A stretch of DNA of 64,000 nucleotides, from NCBI RefSeq assembly GCF_009914755.1, contig NC_060948.1; one strand, given 5' to 3'. The notes under the pieces were generated by a model, which was not told the origin of the DNA, made no database searches, and worked only from the letters and a program-made list of their open reading frames with translations. The translations under genes were made by a program, and so were the position numbers. This document shows, piece after piece, positions 18,951 through 64,000 of the stretch. Each line of letters begins with the position of its first letter. Within the stretch, counting starts at the first letter, position 1. The DNA is from the human T2T-CHM13v2.0 reference genome, Homo sapiens.

Positions 18951-20569
18951 TTTCTATACTATCCCGAGAGGTCTTCAGACACAATGCTACCCCTATCAAA
19001 ATTCCAAATGTCTTTATTCACAGAAATAGAATAAAATGAACCCCAAATTTGTATGTAATAAAAGACCTCAAATAGTAAAAACGATCATGAGCAAAAACAA
19101 CAAAGCTGGAGGAATCACACCACCTGATTTCAAAAATGATTACAAAGGAACGGTTAACTAAACCTCATGGTATTAGTATGACACAGACACATGTAGAGCC
19201 CAGAAATAAACCCATGCATTTGTGATGGAGTGATTTTTGACAGATGTCAAGACCATAAAATGAGAAAAGCACAGTCTCTTTAAGAAACTGTGTTGGAAGA
19301 ACTTGATACCCACGGGCAGACGACTAGCACTGGACTCTTAACTCATACCATATAGGAAAATCAATGGAACATGGATTAAAGACTTTTAAAGTTAAGACAT
19401 GAAACCGTGAAAGCACTGAAGGAAAACAGAGAAGAAATGCTACACAACAATTGGTCTGGGAAAGCATTTCTTGGACATGACCTCAAAGCACAGAGAACAA
19501 AAGCAAAAATAAACAAAATGGCTTCTGCACAGTAAAGAAAACAACAGGCTAAAGAGACCACCCAACAACTGAAAGAAAATGTTTCCAAGCCATACATCTG
19601 ATATGAGGCTAGTATCCAAAATGTATAAAAAACTGAAACATCTTTAATGCCAAGAAAATAAGCCAATCAACATATGGGCAAAGGACAAAAAGGGACACTT
19701 CTCCAAAAAGCCATAGGAAAGGCAACTGGTATATGACAAAATGCTCATTGTAACTAATTGTTACAAAAATGCAAGTCAGAACTACAGTGAGTTATTACTG
19801 TTCATACCGGATAGAATGGTTATTATAAAAAAGACAAAGGATAAGAAGTGTTGGTGAAAGTGTGGAGCAAAGGGAACTCTTGTGTGCTATTTGTGGGAAT
19901 GGAAGTTAATACAGTCACTACGAAAAACAGCATTAAATTTCCTAAAAATTAAAAATAGAATTACCAAATATTTCAGCAATGCCATTTCTGGGTACATGTG
20001 AAAACAATGAAATTGGTTATGTTGGAGATATATCTGTACTCCCATATTCATTGCTGCACTATTCACAGTAGCTAAGATATGGAGGCTCCCATAAGTGTCC
20101 ACCGTTAGAAAATGATTCATGTGATGGTGGACATTTATGTATTCCTAACAATAATGGAATAATATTATATACTAGTATTTGCAATGAAATTATTAGTTAT
20201 CCTTAAAACAGGGGGCAGATTCAGATTCTCTCATTTGGGACAAGAATAAACCTGGAGGATATTATGTTAAGTGAAATAAGCCAGACACAGAAAAACAAAT
20301 ATCACAGTATCTCACTTATACATGAAATCTAAAGTTCAACTCATATAAGTAAAGAGCTGATGGTTACCAGAAGGCAAAGCGTGGGTGGAGGGGGAGTATG
20401 AAAAAAGAAATACGTTGATCAATGTGGGATAAAGTTTTAAACAGGTGCAGTTAGTTTTAGTAACCTATTGTGCAAAATGGGAATTGTAATAAATAAGACA
20501 TTGTAAATAAAGGAATGCAAGTATAGTAGGTAGGGCAAACAAAAGAAAAACGGAAAGAAATAAAAGAGA

Positions 20570-21850
20570 AGCACTGAAAATAAAAAAGGAGACCACCAAT
20601 TAAGCACTCATATTTTCAATTCATAGGAAAGCTGTCGTTAGAAAAAGCAGAAAATTTGTATCTCATCAAAGCAGAATTTATGCACAAAAATAAAAAATGA
20701 GTATCAGCATGGAACTAAAGTATGTTTACAAATAGCCGATTTGGTGGCCAAGGAGGCATGGCAATTTACCAATATTGAATCTATTACAGTGTGTTTGATT
20801 AAAGCAGCTTCAGAACTGTGTCCCAAGAAAATAATGACAATTAATGTTTTGGAAAAAACAGCTGATTGAAGAGTTGAAAACATTGAGAAATGCAATGAAA
20901 ATAAAATAAATAATGGCAAATTAATTTCCTTCACTTTTAAGTTGACAGACATTACTAATATTGCTCATTTTTGCATTTGGGAAGCCATTTTAAAGCTGGA
21001 AGTAACTATGGAATTAGCCTTGTATGCTTTGTATGAAACAGTAATAGGCAACATGCTACACCATTTGGGCTGTTATAAAAACTTAACCTTAGACTAGGTG
21101 GCCTATAAGCAAAAGATATTTATTTCTCACAGTTCTGGATGCTGCATTTATTTCTCATAGCTCCAACTGTTGACAACTGCAAAGAGGTGATAAACTTGGT
21201 ATCTGTGGAGTGTGAACCTCCTGGTTCACAGTGGATGTCACTGTGTTCTCACACAGTGGAAGGGACAGGGAACTCTCTGGGGTGTCTTTATAAGGGTGCA
21301 AATTCCATTCACAAGGGCTCTGCCCTTATGACCTCACCACCTCCCAATAGTCCCACCACCAGATGCCATCAAATTAAGCATTAGCCTTCAACATATGAAT
21401 TTTGGGGGTACATATTTAATTTATAGCAGCTGATAATATTTTTAAAGAAGCTGAGAGAACACAAATTCAGTACTGCACTATTCACAGTAGCTAAAATATG
21501 GAGGCTCCCATAAGTGTCCACCGTTAGAATCTGAAGTCGTATATGCTAAGATGAGCTAGAAATTGTAGCAAAAAACAAAAACAAAAACAAAAACAAAACA
21601 CAAAAAACAATCAAAACAAAATAGTTTACAAGCCATGTGAAAATATGTGGTGTTTAAAGCCAATAGTTGTTCACTGTATTTCAGTTATCTGCAGGCACTA
21701 TGCAGAAAATATTTAAGCTTAACATCTGTTTCTGTAACAACAGCATTAATTGTGTACTCACTTTTATCAACTTAAACATCATCCATTCCATAAATTTTCA
21801 TCAAAATACCGGTTGAAATAGCCTACTTATCTACCATACAGTTTGACAGG
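20570..21850 (+). mobile_element. hAT/Charlie-like transposase remnants interrupted by a MaLR LTR
   Basis: Decayed hAT-like motifs (TDITNIA, HCI..QALC.K, Y.T.V); a MER58/Charlie-like end lies at ~6630-6860. Confidence 0.5.
21058..21428. mobile_element. MaLR (MLT1/MST-type) solo LTR
   Basis: Hallmark tttatttctcacagttctgga and caacatatgaattttggggg. Confidence 0.75.
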
Positions 21851-23430
21851 ATTTGATTTGAATATTTTTGTCCCTTCCAAAATTCATTTTGAGACTGGAA
21901 ACTCAGTATGACAATATTAAATGGTAGATGACCAGGTTATCAAGGTGGAGCCTTCATAAAAGGCTTGTATAAGCACCCTTATACAAGGGGTGAAGGAACA
22001 ACCTAGCTAGTCCTCTTGTATGTCCTCTTGTGAAGGGGTGGGTTGCCCCTCCACACCTGTGGGTGTTTCTCGTTAGGTGGAACGAGAGACTTGGAAAAGA
22101 AAAAGACACAGAGACAAAGTATAGAGAAAGAAATAAGGACCCAGGGAACCAGCGTTCAGCATATGGAGGATCCCGCCAGCCTCTGAGTTCCATTAGTATT
22201 TATTGATCATTTTTGGGTGTTTCTCAGAGAGGAGGATGTGGCAGGGTCATAGGATAATAGTGGAGAGAAGGTCAGCAGATAAACACGTGAACAAAGGTCT
22301 CTGCATCATAGACAAGGTAAAGAATTAAGTGCTGTGCTTTAGATATGCATACACATAAACATCTCAATGCCTTACAGAGCAGTATTGTTGCCCGCATGTC
22401 CCACCGCCAGCCCTAAGGCAGTTTTCCCCTATCTCAGTAGATGGAACATACAATCGGGTTTTATATGGAGATATTCCATTGCCCAGGGACGGGCAGGAGA
22501 CAGATGCCTTCCTCTTGTCTCAACTGCAAAGAGGCATGCCTTCCTCTTATACTAATCCTCCTCAGCACAGACCCTTTATGGGTGTCGGGCTGGGGGATGG
22601 TCAGGTCTTTCCCTTCCCACGAGGCCATATTTCAGACTATCACATGGGGGAGAAACCTTGGACAATACCTGGCTTTCCTAGGCAGAGGTCCCTGCAGCCT
22701 TCTGCAGTGTCTGTGTCCCTGGGTACTTGAGATTAGGGAACGGTGATGACTCTTAACGAGCATGCTGCCCTCAAGCATCTGTTTAACAAAGCACATCTTG
22801 CACCGCCCTTAATCCATTTAACCCTGAGTTGACACAGCACATGTTTCAGAGAGCACGGGGTTGGGGGTAAGGTTATAGATTAACAGAATCTCAAGGCAGA
22901 AGAATTTGTCTTAGTACAGAACAAAATGGAGTCTCTTATGTCTACTTCTTTCTACACAGACACAGTAACAATCTGATCTCTCTTTCTTTTCCCCACACTC
23001 TTGCCTGTCCACGTGCCAGGTGAGGACACAGCATTCAGCGCACTGTTGTGAAAGGAGAGAGCACCGTTCACCAGACCAACAAGCTGCTGTGCTTGGACTT
23101 TCCAGTCTCAGCTGTCACTATTAAATTTATGCTGTTTATAGATGACTCTATGTAAGGCAATTTGTTATAGCAGCAGGAAGAGACTCAGGCAGATATTGGT
23201 AAGCAGAGTGGAGTGTTGCTATATGAAAATATGGAAATATCTTCAAAAGGAGTTATGGGGAAGAGGCAGGAAAAATATAAAGGAACATGTTGCAGAAAGC
23301 CTATTTTGCCATGAACAGACCATGAGGATGATTCTCATAAGGACACAAAAAAAAAAAGAGAGCTGTAGACACAGCCTCAGTCTTCTTAGACATTATCTAA
23401 ATGGTTATGACCAGAAGTCTGCTAGAAATA
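21850..23430 (+). mobile_element. MaLR LTR and start of internal region, interrupted by LTR5
   Basis: MST/MLT-like LTR ending tttgttatagcagc (23161-23174), followed by MaLR-int-like sequence. Confidence 0.65.
22031..22997 (-). mobile_element. Solo HERV-K(HML-2) LTR, LTR5_Hs-like (967 bp)
   Basis: Minus strand TGTGGGGAAAAGAAAGAGAGATCAGATTGTTACTG...CCACCCCTTCA; perfect 6-bp TSD CTCTTG at 22025-22030 and 22998-23003. Confidence 0.95.
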
Positions 23431-23431
23431 C

Positions 23432-24795
23432 AGCCAGTGCCAGCATCATCCTGGTACCAAATCCTGTCAGAGGTACAACAAAAAAACTTCAGGCCAACAT
23501 CCTTGATGAATATCGACACACAAATCCTCAATAAAATACTGGTAAACCAAATCCAGCAGCATACCAAAACGCTCATCCACCACTACCAAGTCAGCTTCAT
23601 TCCCAGGATCCAGGTTGATTCAACATACGCAAATCAATAGATGTAGTTCATCACTTGAACAGAACCAAAGGCAAAAAACACAGGATTACCTCGACACAGA
23701 AAAGGTCTTCAATAAAATTCAACATCCTTTCATATTAAAAACTCAATAAACTAGGTATTGAAGAAACAGACCTCAAAACAGTAAGAACCATTTAAGACAA
23801 TCCCACAGCCAGTATTATACCGTTTGAAAACCTGCACAAGGAGAGGATGCCCTCTCTCACCACTCCTATTTAACACAGTGTGGGAAGTTCTGGCCAGGGC
23901 AATCAAGCAAGAGCAACAAATGAAGGGTGTTCAAATAGTAAGAGAGGAAGTCAAATTGTCTCATAGTCTCAGCCCAAAAGCTACTTAAACTGATAAGCAA
24001 CTTCAGCAAAGTCTCAGGATACAAAATCAATGTGAAAAACACAAGCATTCCTATACATCAACAACAAGCAAGCCTAGAGTCAAATTATTAATGAACTCCT
24101 ATTAGCAAATGCTACAAAGAGAATAAAATATCCAGGAAAATGGCTAACAAGGGAAGTGAAGGACCTCTTCAGGGAGAACACAAGCCACTGCTCAAGGAAA
24201 TCAGAGGGGACAGAAACAAATGCAAAAACATTCCATGCTCATGGATTGAAGAGTCAGTATTATGATTCTTACTGGGCATACACCCCAAGGAATATAAATT
24301 ATTCTTTTATACAGATACATGCACATGTATGTTCACTGCAGCACTGTTCACAACAGCAAAGACATAGTATCAACCCAAATGCCCATAAATGATAGACTAA
24401 ATAAAATGCGGTACATATACACCGTGGAATGCTATACAGCCATAAAAAGTACAAGATCACATCCTTTATAGGGACACGGATGGACTTGGAAGCCGTTTTC
24501 CTCAGCAAACTAATGCAGGAACAGGAAACCAAACACTGCATATTCTCACAAGTGGCGGGTGAATGGTAAGAACACATGGGTGGGGACAGGGGAATAACAC
24601 ACATGGGGACCTGTCAGTGCAAGGGGTTCCGGCATCAGGGAGGGAGAGCATCAGGAGGAATTAATGCATGCAGGCCTTAATACCCAGGTGATGGAACGAT
24701 GTGTGCTGCAAACCGCCATGGCACATGTTTACCTATGTAACAAACGTGCACATCCTGTACATGTACCCCAGAACTTAAAAGTTGAAGGAAAAAAG
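23432..24795 (+). mobile_element. Truncated, internally deleted L1P
   Basis: ORF2 remnants ([19 protein letters not shown]) and L1P 3'UTR. Confidence 0.85.
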
Positions 24796-25467
24796 CAAGG
24801 TTATATGCAGAGAAATAAATATTTTAAAAAAAGAACACCAGTTAATAGGGTGCACAATACTTGAAATTACAAGGCAGTACAATCACATTATATTCCTCTG
24901 ATAAGAAAAAAATAATAGTTTTAAGACATACTATGCCTTTGAATATCTTAAAAAAACTGTCATTGTTTTCCAAATGCTACTACAGTCCCTCTGATGTTTT
25001 TTGATGCTTTCCCATTTTCCTAAATCCCATTTTCTTTGAGAGAAAATAGAGAGAAAAATAGTGTCTTTCATGTATATAATGGCATTAAAAGTTGATAAAA
25101 CTTAAGTACTTGCATATGTATTATTTCATCTGATTTGCCAACATTTTCCACAGCACTGTAAGCTTTTGGAGGGCAGAAATACTTTCCTATTCTTCGAGAG
25201 GCTTACAGAGAGCAGACCTCTGGCAATGCACCCTGTGAAGTAGGCAGAGTAGAATTAATTCCATTGAGTGAATCCTGTGTTACAGGGAAAACAGACACCA
25301 TTTTTCTTACTGGCTTATGAGAATCATAGCATCTGCGAGCTGAACATCATTATCTTGAGGATGAATGAAAACAGGTAGGAGAATGTTCTTGTTCTTAGGA
25401 GATAATTAAGAAGTTAGGAGTGAATTACATGGTTTTTGGAACTTCCTTACAAATGGTTCATCAAAAA

Positions 25468-25540
25468 ATGTGTGTGTGTGTTATGTGTGTGTGTTCATGC
25501 ATGTAAGAGGGAGAGAGAAAGAGAGTGAGAGAGAGAGAGA
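25468..25540. repeat. Imperfect (TG)n / (GA)n microsatellite
   Basis: tgtgtgtgtgtg ... gagagagagaga. Confidence 0.8.
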
Positions 25541-25664
25541 AGTGAGTCCATGGGCACAGAATATTAACTGGTACATCTATGTGAAGGACAGAGATGTTCA
25601 TTGTCCTGTTCAAATTATGAAATCTTGAAACTTTTCAAAATAAAAAACTGGGTGAAGAAAAAAA

Positions 25665-26408
25665 TCTGATGGCATGTTAGATGAATAAAGATTATCTTAT
25701 TGGAAACTGGAGAAAGGCCATCCTGGTTAGAAAGTGGCAATGAACTTGGCAGAGTTTTGTGTCCTAGTGTTTCTGAAGGGCAGAAATGAACAGTGATGAA
25801 ACTAACACATGTGGAAGAAGTAACTAAGCAAAGGGTTAAGGGTGTGGCATGGTTCTCATGATTGCTTACAGTAAAATGTGAGGAGAAATAAATTAAAGAT
25901 CAAATTTGTAACTGAAAAAGAAGCAGAACTTAAAGATTTGGAAAGTTCTCAGCTGGGCCATGTTAAGAATGAAAAAGCGTGTTCAGGAGAAAATAGGCGT
26001 GTGTCCATGGGAACATTTTGTTAAGATTAGCAGACATAAGGGAGTCAGATGGTATTCATCCTAACAAGAATTACCATAAAATATTTTGGAGTTCTTTGAT
26101 GTCATACCCATCACAGGCCCAGAGTGTTAGTTAGGGTCTTGAAAGTTGACAGTTTTAAAGGGGAGGCCCAAAGTGCCCTTGGACGTGGGGCTCACTGCAC
26201 AGTACCACCCTAAACCTTGATTTCCGAAATTCTGGTGCAGCACTCCTTGGCTCTATTAGCTGTGGCTGAAATGGGCCCAGGTATGGCGCAGGTCCCTCCA
26301 GAAGTTTATGCTGTGTATGTTTACAACGTGAACTGTGAGCAATATATTTAAGTTTATAAATTGCCCAGTCTGATATATTTTTTTCTCACAGCAGAAGAGA
26401 CCAAGACA
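25665..26408 (+). mobile_element. MaLR internal fragments and 3' LTR end
   Basis: ttattggaaactggagaaaggccat motif; ends ataaattgcccagtct...ccaagaca. Confidence 0.65.
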
Positions 26409-26430
26409 GCTGGCTTACCAGTGGTAAAGT

Positions 26431-26436
26431 TTTATT
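26431..26436 (-). terminator. Candidate distal poly(A) signal of KDM5D
   Basis: tttatt on + strand at the end of unique sequence, just before a MaLR LTR remnant. Confidence 0.45.
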
Positions 26437-27991
26437 ACAATTTTTTTAAACCAAGATTCAATTTTTTTCTGAATTAGAATTATCGCAGAGAACACTGAAT
26501 GGCCTATGAAATTCAATTTTTGCTGCAGATTTCGTCATGTTTCTTAATGAACATATAACTAACTTCTAATCACAAGATAAATTCTTGCCTATGTGCAAAA
26601 ACTTAGTGCTGCATCCTTGTGTATGGTTTTAAAAAGTGTCAAAACTGGCCCCTCATGTCAAATACAGCCCCAATTAGGGGAGGCAACCTAAGAAAGGTGT
26701 ACAACTGTCCTGACATTGGATTGCCTGCTTACTGTGAAGTATGTGAACAATTTGTGACTCAGAACTTTAGTGAGATTTTTATAGGCAGAAGTTCTCATCA
26801 TGCCTCATCAGAATTTTCCGTTAACAAGTGTCAGAGAATCTGTAATGGCTTGAGAATCATGACTTTCCTCCTATTTATGGAAGAGGAGAAAAAAGAAATT
26901 TCGAAGACAATTCTCAGATTTAGATAAATTATCTCAGGATTTTCTATATATTTTACCTGGTCCCTATGGTGTGGTAAGGTAAAGTACACTGTACTTGGAC
27001 AGGTGAAGCAATTTCTACTCTACTAGGTCATCACCAAGCATAGCTTTGTTACTGGGAAAGCTAATTATAGTTCCCTATGACAGTATCAAAGAAAGAAAGA
27101 GGTGAAAAGAGTAGACAATAAGGAAGGTAGGTATGATTATAGGCATGAGAAATGCTATGGGTAATAACGTGTTCTACACTGACTCAAGTCAGCAAGGAGT
27201 AGGTGGAAAAGCGAGAGATTCAATCCAGGATGACAGAATGCGTTCACCTTTAAAGGGATTAAAAGAAGTATAATACAGTCTGTATTATTAGATCACCCAG
27301 AGACACACAAAACAAGAACCGTGAATTGAATTAGTGGTATACTAATAGAGTGGTTTTACCTGAAATATTTACACATCAATCCTACTGAATTCTTACAACA
27401 AATGATTTAGATTAGCTATTGTATTCACCAGTTGAAAGAACAGAAAATATTGAGGGAGATAACTTGTGTCAGTGCAACTTAATCAGATTTAGGACACAAA
27501 AGCTACTACATAATGAAAAAGAGAGCTGGTGACTTAACTTGCTAAAACAATCTGAAAAACAAAAAAGTGAGATGAATCTGTCTACCCTGATGTAAGACTT
27601 ATTATAAAGCGACTGTAACCAAGACATTGTGATCTGGCCACAGGGGACAGACACATAGTTAAATGATGCAATGCAACAAGTTAACTCAGATATTGGCACA
27701 TGCAAGTCCAGCCAACAGATTTTCAATAAAAAGCACAAAGCAATTAAGTGTAGGACAGGTAAGTTTTCTATTGCTGGTGCTGGGTCAACTGGACATCCTT
27801 TGAGAAAACATTAACCTTGGCCTAAGTCTCATGTATGTTTTCTAAGTAAAATTTACCCTTCCCCACTGCCCCGAAAAAGACTATTAAAAATTACGTTGAC
27901 CCATGCTACTGTTGTTTCCTAACCTCAGTCCTTCACTCGTACAATTTAAGAAGTTCAAATCATATTCATAGTATCCAAACATACTCATTGT

Positions 27992-27997
27992 TTTATT
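27992..27997 (-). terminator. Proximal poly(A) signal AATAAA of KDM5D
   Basis: tttatt on + strand ~550 nt past the stop; first canonical hexamer I found in the 3'UTR. Confidence 0.75.
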
Positions 27998-28544
27998 TTT
28001 AACAAAAGAAATGAAATTAAAGATAGACCACAGGTAGAGTCATGAAATTCTTGTTTTTCCCTATTCTTTTTGGTAATTACAACGTACATTGTCTTCTTTT
28101 ATAATAAGACCCAAGGGGAGAAAAGAAAAGGATGTACAATGAAGGTACAAGTTTTGAAGCACCAAAATATTTTATGACAGGGACAAAAAAACAAAAAACA
28201 AACAAAAATTGAAGTACAGAAAGAGGGTGGTGGGGGCAAAAATAAAGGTACGCACTTGGGCTTCCTCAAGATTTGTTTGTCCCTATTCAGACTAGAATGA
28301 AACTGGTTTAGGAAATCACTCCTGTATGCTAGCAGGAATGTTGCTGGCAAGACACTTCTGAGCATCGGGGTGTGGACTTTACGAACCAACCTTTTAACAG
28401 TAACTCTAGGAGAGAGGATATCAAAAATTGGCAGTGAAAAATTATAGATAGGCAAAAAGCTCCTTCTGAGGTCCAGGCCAGGAGATAGTAGGATTTAAGA
28501 AACAAACAAACAAAAACAACCACAAATGACCTTTGGTGCCACTG

Positions 28545-64000
<35,456 letters not shown>

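Overview
Human (primate) Y-chromosome euchromatin. The right ~60% holds most of the minus-strand gene KDM5D (SMCY/JARID1D, an H3K4me2/3 JmjC demethylase). I traced 22 complete GT-AG coding exons from 62212 down to the stop at 28545-28547, plus part of the ARID exon cut by the window edge. The 22 exons sum to 4098 nt in one frame (1365 aa + stop), which fits the recalled 1539-aa protein if 174 aa lie in the upstream exons. Intron 10 carries an in-frame 93-nt exonised Alu cassette. The left ~26 kb is intergenic and densely nested with transposons: a human-specific pre-Ta L1HS, a near full-length older L1PA inside an Alu, solo HERV-W (LTR17) and HERV-K (LTR5) LTRs with intact TSDs, MaLR, hAT and decayed ERV fragments, and several small templated-copy repair scars. 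I found no evidence of a new biological system; the notable items are TE-derived gene innovation, young insertions and DNA-repair signatures. Exon numbers follow coding-exon (KDM5C-like) numbering. Repeat subfamily calls are by eye, not RepeatMasker.
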